Assembly: GCA_028281445.1 (NCBI GenBank)
Contig: JANQJW010000103.1
Span: 6,488-70,487, forward strand
Origin: Planctomycetota bacterium
GTDB taxonomy: Bacteria > Planctomycetota > PLA2 > JAEUHO01
Direction of reading: 5' to 3'
DNA length: 64,000 nt
Position numbers and translations under genes: made by a program
The notes under the pieces: generated by a model
The model's database searches: none
Seen by the model: only the letters and a program-made list of their open reading frames with translations
Told to the model about the DNA's origin: nothing
In this document: one piece after another, positions 25,656 to 33,915 of the stretch
Position numbering within the stretch: position 1 is the stretch's first letter
Layout of the letters: each line of letters begins with the position of its first letter

Positions 25656-28019
25656 CTACACCGGCGTCAGCGGCCAGAAGATCGGCAGCACGAGCATCAC
25701 GACCGCGAACACCACGAGAAACAGACCGAAGCCCACACGCGTGTAGTCCGTGAAGCGATAGCCCCCCATGCCCATGACAAGCAGGTTCACGGGATGACCG
25801 ACCGGGCTCATGAAAGCGCACGAGCTCGCGAGGGCCACGCACATCGCCGCGCTCTGGGGATGCACGCCCAGCGCCGCCACGTCGCTCAACACGATCCGCG
25901 ACATCAACACCGCCACGGCCGCCGTCGGCATCACCTGGGCCGCAAGCGCGCTCACGAGGAAGATGCCCGCCAGCACGGCGCGCGGCCCGAGCGGCGCGAT
26001 CAGCTGCAGCACGTTGTCTGCGATCATCGCGGCCGCGCCCGACTTCTCCATTGCGAGGCCGAGCGTCAACATGCCCGCCACCAGCACGATGGCCTTCCAC
26101 TCGATGTGTTCGTAGACCTCCTGCGGCTTCAGACAACGGAGGACGACCATCGCCGCCGCGCCGCAGAGAGCCGCGAGGAAGATCGGTACGAGCCCGAACG
26201 CCACGGCCGCAAGTACCGACGCCATGATGAGTCCTGCGATCGGTCCCTTCTCCACGCGATACGGCTCCGCGGCGGCTCCCGTGACGACGATGAAGTCCTC
26301 TTCCTGCGCCAACAGCCTGAACTTCTCGCGTGGTCCGTAGACGAGGATCGCGTCGCCGAGAGCCAGCTCGAAGTCGCGCAGGTTCGAACGGTAGGCCCGG
26401 CCCCCGCGCCAGACGGCGATCACCGTCACGCCGTAGCTCTGGCGAAAGTGCACTTCGCGTACCGTGCGGCCGGCCAGCTCGCTGCGCGGCGCGAGGATGA
26501 TCTCGCCGATGCCGACGTCCGTCGTCTCGAGCGCGTCTACGCCGGGCGCGGGCTCCGTATCGATCTCCAGCGCCTGGAGTGCGTGCAGGTACTGCAGCTC
26601 CTCGTCGCGGCCTTCGATCTCGAGCACGTCTCCCTCTTGAAGGACGGTGGAGGGCTCGGGCAGCACGATGTGCTGCTCGCCTCGTTCCAACCCGACGACC
26701 GTGAGCGCGCACGCGTCGCGCAGGTTCGACGCCGCCAGCGAGTTGCCGGCAAGGCCTGAGCCCGCGGGCACTCGTACGCGCATCAACCGGCGCGTAAGTT
26801 CGTATGTGGAGGCGGCCGTCCTGGCGTCGAGCAGGTTGACGCCGGTCAGGCCGTCGAACGCCCTCAGCACGCCGAAGTTCTCGCGTGGGCCCATCGCGAG
26901 CAGCCGGTCGCCCGACGCCAAGCGCAACGTATCGAGCCGCGTGAGGCGCGCATCGCGCCGGCGCCCGTGCGCGATGGCCAGCACGCGCAGTCCCGTCACG
27001 TCGCGGAACCCGTAATCGAAAAGTGTCGTCCCCTCGAACTCGCCCTCTCCGAGGACGATCTCGACGAACCCGATCTCGTCTGACTCGAGTCGGCCCAACG
27101 ACGGGACGCCAGGGAGAACCTCGAGCGTGCCCCACCCGCGCACCTCGTCGAAACGCTCCCTGCGGCCTTCGACCACCAGACGGTCGCCCCCGCGCAGCAC
27201 CGAGTCGGGTCCCGGCGCGAGATGGGGATCGTCGCCTCGCTTGATCGCCAGCACGCTGAAACCGAGCGCGGGATGGAGCCGGCTCTCCGCCAGCGTGGCG
27301 TTGGCGAGCGCCGAGTCTTCCGGGATGTGCACGGTGAACAGGCGCTGCCCCAGATCGTAGGGTTCGTGGATGCTGTCGTCCGCGGCTGCGTCCTCGCGCC
27401 CGACGTCTCGGTCCGGCAACAAGCGGCGTCCGATGAAGACCATGTACACCGTGCCCGCGGCCAAGGCACAGAGGCCGATCGGCGTGAAGTCGAACATGGT
27501 GAACGGCTCGTTGCCCGTGTCTCGCAGCGCGCCCGACACGAGGATGTTGGGCGCCGTTCCGATCAACGTCGTCATGCCGCCGAGCAGCGAGCCGAAGGCG
27601 AGCGGCATCAGAAGCTTCGACGGCGACAGCTTGAGGCGCCTGGCCATGGCGACCACGACAGGCAGCATCAGCGCCGTCACCGCGATGTCGTTCATGATGC
27701 CGGAGAGCAGGCCGACCGTGAGCATGAGCACCGCGGTCAGGCGCGCCTCGCCGCGTCCCGCGACCTGGAGCACCCGGCGGCCGAGCGTGTTGGCGACACC
27801 GGTGCGCTGCAGCCCGCCGCTGAGTACGAGCACGGCGGCCATCGTGACCACGGCCTCGTTCGAGAAGCCGCTGAGCGCCTCGTCGTGGGAGACGATGCCC
27901 GTCAGCGCCAGCGTGATCAGGACCAGAAGCGCTACGACGTCCACGCGCAGCCACTCGGTCACGAACAGAAGAACAGCCCCGCCGAGCGTGCCGAAGACGA
28001 CCCAAACCTCCCAGGACAT
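25656..28019 (-). CDS. SLC13/DASS-family anion permease with four central TrkA-C regulatory domains
   Basis: Multiple TM helices lie at both ends. The central ~400 aa contain repeated RLESDEIGFVEIVL...GTTLFD / GDRLLAMG units typical of TrkA-C. The terminal transporter halves resemble CitT/SLC13 permeases. Confidence 0.85.
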   Translation of the reverse strand: MSWEVWVVFGTLGGAVLLFVTEWLRVDVVALLVLITLALTGIVSHDEALSGFSNEAVVTMAAVLVLSGGLQRTGVANTLGRRVLQVAGRGEARLTAVLMLTVGLLSGIMNDIAVTALMLPVVVAMARRLKLSPSKLLMPLAFGSLLGGMTTLIGTAPNILVSGALRDTGNEPFTMFDFTPIGLCALAAGTVYMVFIGRRLLPDRDVGREDAAADDSIHEPYDLGQRLFTVHIPEDSALANATLAESRLHPALGFSVLAIKRGDDPHLAPGPDSVLRGGDRLVVEGRRERFDEVRGWGTLEVLPGVPSLGRLESDEIGFVEIVLGEGEFEGTTLFDYGFRDVTGLRVLAIAHGRRRDARLTRLDTLRLASGDRLLAMGPRENFGVLRAFDGLTGVNLLDARTAASTYELTRRLMRVRVPAGSGLAGNSLAASNLRDACALTVVGLERGEQHIVLPEPSTVLQEGDVLEIEGRDEELQYLHALQALEIDTEPAPGVDALETTDVGIGEIILAPRSELAGRTVREVHFRQSYGVTVIAVWRGGRAYRSNLRDFELALGDAILVYGPREKFRLLAQEEDFIVVTGAAAEPYRVEKGPIAGLIMASVLAAVAFGLVPIFLAALCGAAAMVVLRCLKPQEVYEHIEWKAIVLVAGMLTLGLAMEKSGAAAMIADNVLQLIAPLGPRAVLAGIFLVSALAAQVMPTAAVAVLMSRIVLSDVAALGVHPQSAAMCVALASSCAFMSPVGHPVNLLVMGMGGYRFTDYTRVGFGLFLVVFAVVMLVLPIFWPLTPV

Positions 28020-28094
28020 CCGCGGGATGGTACCGCCAGTGTCTACAGGAGCGACAGGGAGGGAGCCCTGGACTCAGTCCCGGATCCCACTCCG

Positions 28095-28999
28095 ATGCGC
28101 CACTTCGTCATCACATGCCTGACGCTTCTTCTCGCCGCGTGCGGCTCCGGCGGCAGGGGCGGCGGCGGGGGCCCCCCGCCCCGCGCGTTAGCGGATTTTC
28201 ACCCACCGTGCAGCCCTATGACCTCACGACGGGCATGCAGCTCCCGCGCTTCACGAACGCGGCGTTGACGATGAACACCGACCCGCTGCACCCCGGCAAG
28301 GTCGTGGTCTTCTTCGACTCCGCGACGTCGCTCGACGCCGACTCCTTCTACGTCGGCCGCAGACCCGCACTTGGTGTGGATCCGGATGCGCTTGTCCTCT
28401 GGCAGAAAGCGCCCGGCATCGGGCTCCTGCCGGTACCGTTCGACGCCCTGTTCCTGAGCGACCGCATCGTCCTCACCCCCACCGGGGGCTACGCACCGAC
28501 GCTCCCTACGGGGCAGTACACCGTACGCGTCGGATCCATCGGCCAGTCGCTTGCCGGCCTCTCCGTCGCGCCAGCCCCGGTGTTCCACACGTTCTTCGTG
28601 AGCAGCGATCCGATCGAGCCCTACGTTCGCGCCACAGACCCCGGAGACGGAGCGGCGGGCGTGGCGGGTGACGCCACGATCATCGTGCGCTTCACGGAGG
28701 GGATCGACGCCTCGACGCTGGACGCGGTCTCCATCCATGTGGAGCACCTCGGCGCGCTGGCCGTCACGACACTGCCGGCCGCCACCGGCTATCCACAGAT
28801 GCAGACGGATGCGGACGGTGCCACGCTGCCCAGCAACGGGCACGTGGTTCACTGGCGCGCACGTGATCCGCTCCCGACATCCGGAGCCATCCGTGTGACC
28901 GTCGGCAACGGCGCCGCCCTCGGAGGTACCGATCTCCTGGACCTGAACGGCAACGCCATGTCCTTGCCCTACGCCTTCACGTTCCGCGCCGGTCCCTAG
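28095..28999 (+). pseudogene. lipoprotein with a bacterial Ig-like (Big_5/SbsA-type) domain carrying an apparent single-base deletion frameshift in a G5C6 homopolymer (28167-28177). It is either a true pseudogene or a homopolymer sequencing error.
   Basis: A perfect lipoprotein signal MRHFVITCLTLLLAACGSGG (ATG 28095, frame of track ORF 27222..28268) terminates after about 55 codons. The 294 aa ORF 28115..28999 in the neighbouring frame lacks a signal but carries the mature domain (DATIIVRFTEGIDASTLDAVSIHVEH). One added base in the G/C run joins the two. Confidence 0.5.
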
Positions 29000-29055
29000 T
29001 GGCATGTCTACAAAGCTCGCGCCTCCGGAGCCCTGAAGGCAGCCGGAGACTCCCA

Positions 29056-30189
29056 ATGCGCACCCTATTCGTCCTGATCGCACTGTGTCCGCTTCTCCTG
29101 GGTTGCGGATCGTCCGACGGATCGGGCACCGGGGGCCTGTTCGGTCCCGGCACCGATCCGGCACTGTTCACGGGTGACTTCACGTTCGTCGCCTACGCCG
29201 GGCGGTCGCGCGACTCGGATTCGACGTACGTCGACTGGGGCCTGCTCAACTCGGATGCATCGTTCGTCAGCGGCCTGAAGACGCGCAACGAGTGGGATAG
29301 CGCGATGCCCACAGCGGACAGCCAGATCACCCCCGGATTGACCGTGGGTCCGTTCGCGTTCCTCACCGGAGTCTCCCGCCGCGTGATCATCGAGGCTGAG
29401 CTGTGCCTGGACGGCGCCCTTGCCATGAACGACAACGTGGCCGTCTTCTCCGCCCAGCGCCAAGGCGACGACCCGGCCATTGCCGCCGCTGTGCGGCCGG
29501 GAACGGGCTTCGACGACGGCTCGCTCCGCGGGACGTATCACCTCGTGGGCATCACGCACAACCATGCGCCCCAGGGGCGCACCGTACTGGCCGGCACGGT
29601 CGTGTTCGACGGCAGCGGAAACGCGACGGTCAACTTCACGCCCAAGACGGACGGCGTGGTCGGCACGCCGCTCGCCTCGCCGGCGACGTATGCGCTCACG
29701 GGTGATGGCTCTCTGACCTTGACGATCGCTGCGGCGCAGATGCACGGAGCGCTCACGCCGGACCGACAGGTTGCCATCCTCGGCGGAAACGCCACCGCGG
29801 CGGTCACGGAACGGCAGTTCCTCGTGCTCGTGCAAGCCAGCACGGCGGCGGCGATCGGGCTGTTCAACGGCACCTACTGCCGCGTGTCTCTCTCCTCCGT
29901 GCTCCCAAGCACCGGCAGCGGCTGGACGGGCCTGCGCGAGGTGAGCATCGCTGACGGCCTGGGCAAGGTCGACCGCACGCAACGCTTGATCAACGGCGAT
30001 GGGTTGCTCATCCGTTTCGCCGACATCCTGCGTGCGTCCTACACGGTCGCCCCCGATGGTGCGTTCGACGGCGGCGTGAGTGGCGGGGTGGGCGGCATCA
30101 CCCCGGACGGGGACGTCGCCGCCGTGGTCTCGCTCGGAGCGAGCCTCACGCCGCGGCTGGACCTGCTCGTTCGGACCGCCGGGCCCTAG
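29056..30189 (+). CDS. lipoprotein, hypothetical
   Basis: The ORF is trimmed to MRTLFVLIALCPLLLGCGSSDGSG (lipobox; ATG 29056-29058). It is Gly/Thr-rich and predicted secreted. Confidence 0.65.
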   Translation: MRTLFVLIALCPLLLGCGSSDGSGTGGLFGPGTDPALFTGDFTFVAYAGRSRDSDSTYVDWGLLNSDASFVSGLKTRNEWDSAMPTADSQITPGLTVGPFAFLTGVSRRVIIEAELCLDGALAMNDNVAVFSAQRQGDDPAIAAAVRPGTGFDDGSLRGTYHLVGITHNHAPQGRTVLAGTVVFDGSGNATVNFTPKTDGVVGTPLASPATYALTGDGSLTLTIAAAQMHGALTPDRQVAILGGNATAAVTERQFLVLVQASTAAAIGLFNGTYCRVSLSSVLPSTGSGWTGLREVSIADGLGKVDRTQRLINGDGLLIRFADILRASYTVAPDGAFDGGVSGGVGGITPDGDVAAVVSLGASLTPRLDLLVRTAGP

Positions 30190-30190
30190 C

Positions 30191-31864
30191 TCACGCCGCA
30201 AGTCGAAGCAGCGCGCGTCGTAGCGGCTTGTGTGCGTTGAACAGCCGGACGAACTCCGATTCACGCCGGCCGCCCTTCGCGCGGATGACCTTGGCCAACG
30301 CACGCTTGTTCGCGGTGCTCCAGCGCCCAAGCCCCTTCATCGCCATTACAACGACACCCCACCGGCGCCACGCCGTGCGCTCGTCTCTCGTCCATCCCTT
30401 GAAGGAACGCACGCCGAGCAGCGCGGCGGCCTCCTTCGCGCACACGCGCTCGCCCTTCTCACGCTCCGCACCGAAGCGCTGGGCGAGGTAGCGCGCGACA
30501 CCCATGCAGACGCCGCCGAGATCGAGGAGTCCCATGACATCGTCGCGTTGGCCCTCCGCGAAGTAGCAGACGACATCCTGCGCAAGCTGTTCGAGCGTTG
30601 CGATGTCGGTGCGGTGGCGCGGGTTCTTCTTCATCGCCGCGCGCTCCTTGCGCTCCAGGCGCTTGATGTCCGGGTCCACGGGCACGAAACCGAGCTTGCG
30701 ATAGAACCACCACGCGCCTGACTCCAAGCCCTCCTGGTTGCCGTAGCCGCCGAGCTGGTACGGATCGACCGTGAAGGCGTCGCTGCCCAGCACGTGGCGC
30801 ACGGTCGCCACAACACGGCCGAACACGTGCCCCGCCTCGCCGCCACGGTAGGTGTCGAACACGTTGTAGGCGATCTCGGAGCTTCCGTAGAGGCCCGAGG
30901 CCAGCACATAGCCGATCGGCACGCCGTTCTTGAGCGTCAGGAAGCCGTACACCGCTTCGAGCAGGATGCGGCGCTCGGGCTTGTAGCCGATCGCGGCGAA
31001 CTGGAGCCCGTCCTCCCAGTCATAGAGCACGACGTCGCGTTCGTCACCGTGCATGAAGACGTCGAGATCGCGGCTGCGCGTCACCATGGCTTCGCGTGCC
31101 ATGGCCACGAGTACGCGACCTTCTCGTGGACTCAGGCGCCGTACGCGCAGCGGGTCCACGGCGAGGGTGTTCTTCAAGTCCGGACGCTTCGTATCGAGCG
31201 ACTTTGTCTGGAACGTCACCTTCGAGGGTGCGTAGCGTGCGTGCGTGCGCGACGGCGTACCTTCACCCGGCTCGAGCACCATCGGGATCGCGTGCGTGTC
31301 GTAGAACGCTTCGCGAACGTAGGGTGCTGCGTCCAAGGCATGGAAGCGCTTGGCGAGGAACTCGGCATCCGTCTCTTCGGGTCCCTTCAGGACGTCGATC
31401 CACTTGCGCAGTGACTGATCGATCTCCTCGAGGACCGGATCCTCTGCGTAGGTCACGAGCAGCCAGAGATGCCCGAGGACGGCGTCCTTCTTCTCGAACT
31501 CGGGCCAGTCGAGCGTCAGCGCACCCGGATGACGGCGTGCGAGCCACTCCGCGGTCCAGAGATAGAAGGAGTAATAGAGGCGGGTGCCCGCGATGCCCGA
31601 GTCCTCGAGGTCGCGGCGGAAGCGCTTGAGGTCGCCGCGGTCCTGGAAACCGGCCAACATCGCCTCGACGCGGGCGAGCACGTCCGTGTCGTCGGGATAG
31701 GCACGCAGGAAACACAAGGCCTCGTGCAGTCGGAGCACCGCGTCGGGGTCGTCGAAACGACGGCGCGCCAGCACTTCGAGGCACGCTTGCTTCGACGCAC
31801 TCGCGTCCGGTTCGTACCGGCGCAGGGTCTCCTCGAGCGCTTCGAGCGCGGCGTAGGCGTCCAT
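30191..31864 (-). CDS. hypothetical 557 aa protein with a C-terminal GNAT-like acyltransferase fold
   Basis: The ORF is trimmed to MDAYAALEALEETLRRYEPD (CAT 31862-31864). The C-terminal region PIGYVLASGLYGSSEIAYNVFDTYRGGEAGHVFGRVV...GAWWFYRKLGF resembles the GNAT acyl-CoA binding beta4-alpha3 region. Confidence 0.65.
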   Translation of the reverse strand: MDAYAALEALEETLRRYEPDASASKQACLEVLARRRFDDPDAVLRLHEALCFLRAYPDDTDVLARVEAMLAGFQDRGDLKRFRRDLEDSGIAGTRLYYSFYLWTAEWLARRHPGALTLDWPEFEKKDAVLGHLWLLVTYAEDPVLEEIDQSLRKWIDVLKGPEETDAEFLAKRFHALDAAPYVREAFYDTHAIPMVLEPGEGTPSRTHARYAPSKVTFQTKSLDTKRPDLKNTLAVDPLRVRRLSPREGRVLVAMAREAMVTRSRDLDVFMHGDERDVVLYDWEDGLQFAAIGYKPERRILLEAVYGFLTLKNGVPIGYVLASGLYGSSEIAYNVFDTYRGGEAGHVFGRVVATVRHVLGSDAFTVDPYQLGGYGNQEGLESGAWWFYRKLGFVPVDPDIKRLERKERAAMKKNPRHRTDIATLEQLAQDVVCYFAEGQRDDVMGLLDLGGVCMGVARYLAQRFGAEREKGERVCAKEAAALLGVRSFKGWTRDERTAWRRWGVVVMAMKGLGRWSTANKRALAKVIRAKGGRRESEFVRLFNAHKPLRRALLRLAA

Positions 31865-31971
31865 CCGTCCTCCCGAGCGAGAGCATAGCCATCCCAACGC
31901 GCCCCCGCGGACGCGAAAGCGGGGTGCGTCCAATCCCCCACCGCCGAGACGCGAAATGTCGAGGAAGCGAC

Positions 31972-32373
31972 GTTGTCGATCAGGCCGTGGCACGCGAGGT
32001 GAACAGCCGCCCAGGACGGTCGACTGCGCAGTGCCTCCGTGAGCTTCGTCTCCGTGCTCTTGTCCCCGAGCAATCGCACGTCGGCTGCGAGAGCGGCCGC
32101 GGCACCACGATCTGGGGCGAAGGCATGCTCGGGCTCACGCAGGCCTTCATGGTTGCCGGCGGATCGGCTGTGCTGTGCTCGCTGTGGAAGGTGGACGACG
32201 AAGCGACGAGCGCGCTCATGAGGAAGTTCTACGCGCTGTGGCGGCCGAAGGCCGGCAAGGGAGTCGAGGCCGCCGTCGCATTGCGTGAAGCGCAGGCGTG
32301 GACGCGTGCCCAGCCCGACTGGGAGCCCCCCTACTACTGGGCTGCTTGGGCTCTCTGGGGACTGTCCAGCTGA
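31972..32373. pseudogene. CHAT-domain remnant in two opposed pieces. A His-motif segment lies on the minus strand (about 32082 to 31972) and a Cys-motif-to-C-terminus segment on the plus strand (about 32038 to 32373).
   Basis: The plus ORF 31924..32373 encodes ...HVGCESGRG...LCSLWKVDDEATSALMRKFYALWRPK...PPYYWAAWALWGLSS, very similar to the C-terminus of the CHAT protein at 11892..14789. The minus frame over 32082-31972 encodes DVRLLGDKSTETKLTEALRSRPSWAAVHLACHGLIDN, matching DVVLLG...KLATRERWRAVHFACHGLID of the same paralog. The plus-strand DNA at about 31975-32010 is similar, in the same orientation, to 12300-12340 of the intact minus-strand gene. Confidence 0.45.
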
Positions 32374-32453
32374 GGCCCGTGCATAAGCGCGGGCAACAAT
32401 CACATCACGGGTACTGGCGCAACGTGCGCCGAGAGTACGCCTAGCTTCTCTAC

Positions 32454-33014
32454 GTGAGCACCATGGCCATCCGACTCGCGAAACCCGACGATGCCGCGGC
32501 CATCGCGGCGGTGTATGCGCCGATCGTCCGCGACACCGTGATCAGTTTCGAGCTCGATCCACCGGATGGCGCCGAGATCGAGCGACGCCTACGAGAACAC
32601 GAGGGCGTCTTGCCCTGGCTCGTCGGCGAAACGGACGGTGCCCTTGCCGGCTACGTGTACGCCGGCCCCCACCGCGGTCGCTGGGCCTATCAGTGGGCCG
32701 TTGAAGTTTCGGTCTTCGTGCATGCGGACCACCGCCGCCGCGGCGTGGGCTCGCGTCTCTATGCGGCACTGTTCGACCTGCTCATCCGGCAGGGCTACGC
32801 CCGCGCGTTCGCCGGGATCACGATGCCCAACGACGCAAGCGTGGCGCTGCACCGCGCGATGGGCTTCGGGGCCGTCGGCACGTACAAGCGCGTCGGCTAC
32901 AAGTTCGGAGCCTGGCACGACACGAGCTGGTGGCAACGGCCGCTGCGCGACTGGGGTGATGCGGAGCCCACGCCGCCGGTGCCGCTGCGCGAGCTCGATG
33001 TGTCCGAGTTCTAG
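32454..33014 (+). CDS. GNAT family N-acetyltransferase (phosphinothricin/YncA-like)
   Basis: AIRLAKPDDAAAIAAVYAPIV...HRRRGVGSRLYAALFDLLIRQGYARAFAGI...NDASVALHRAMGFGAVGT is the typical PAT/YncA GNAT pattern. Confidence 0.85.
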   Translation: MSTMAIRLAKPDDAAAIAAVYAPIVRDTVISFELDPPDGAEIERRLREHEGVLPWLVGETDGALAGYVYAGPHRGRWAYQWAVEVSVFVHADHRRRGVGSRLYAALFDLLIRQGYARAFAGITMPNDASVALHRAMGFGAVGTYKRVGYKFGAWHDTSWWQRPLRDWGDAEPTPPVPLRELDVSEF

Positions 33015-33815
33015 AAGCTGCCGTCCGGGTCGTAGCGACCCAGCCAGCCGTTGCTCGTCGCGATGCTGAACAGCGACGTCTGCGTCGGGAGGCCGACGTT
33101 CCACGTGCCCTGATCCCGGTACGTACCGCAGGCGCCGAGCGTTCCGTCTGCGTGCGCCGCGGCGCCGAACCCGAAGTCGTCCATCCCGCCGCCGCCGCTC
33201 CGCACCCACCACAGCTCGCCGTTCTGGCCGAAGCGAGCGGCAGCCGAGTCGACCGCGCCGTTTCCGAGGACGACGGTCTGGTCGCCCTCCCCGAGGTTGA
33301 AGACCGAGAGTCCGTTGAAGTGGCCGACCGCGCCGCAGGTTCCGTCGGAGTACACGCACACGTCGCGCCAGGAGTCCGTCATGTCGTCGCCGCCGGCCTG
33401 TCGCACCCACAGAATGCCCCCGACACAAGAGCCGTCTGCGAAGGTCGCGACATCGTTGGCGCTGTCCCCCGACGGTGCCGCCCGCGCGCGTGGCCCACAT
33501 GATGGTCCCATCCGAGGCGTACCGGGCGGCGAACATGTCCGTCTGCGGCACGCCGTTGGCGGTGATCGTGATCGGCTGCGGGTCGCCCGATCCGAACGTC
33601 GCCATCATCGTGAACTCGCCGACGACGACGGTAGACCCGTCCCCGAAGGCATCCACGCCATAGGCGGACGTGCGGCCCGTACCGATCAGCGGTTCGAGGA
33701 AGCCGACGTCCGGCGGCTCGCCCGGCGCCGGGGGCTCCGCACTCCCGGAATTGCCGCACGCCGACATGCTGAGCGCAACGCCGCGCATCAATGCGCATAG
33801 GGCTTGGTTGTTCAT
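33011..33815 (-). pseudogene. SBBP-type beta-propeller repeat lipoprotein with an apparent single-base deletion frameshift in a G5 run (plus-strand C5 at 33465-33469). It is either a pseudogene or a homopolymer error.
   Basis: The N-terminal part (track ORF 32589..33815: MNNQALCALMRGVALSMSACGNSG...ARYASDGTIMWATRAGGTVGG) and the C-terminal part (ORF 33011..33511: ...DSANDVATFADGSCVGGILWVRQAGGDD...ELWWVRSGGGGMDDFGFGAAAHADGTLGACG...) are adjacent frames carrying the same repeat unit. One extra G restores ...TVGGDSANDVATF.... Confidence 0.5.
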
Positions 33816-33915
33816 CCGAGACGCTCCTCCCTCAGGAACGCCCAGTCTACGACCGGGGCACGGTCGGCGTCGCAGCGCTTGGCACAGCCTGCGCGTTCGG
33901 ACGTTCTGCGTCGGA

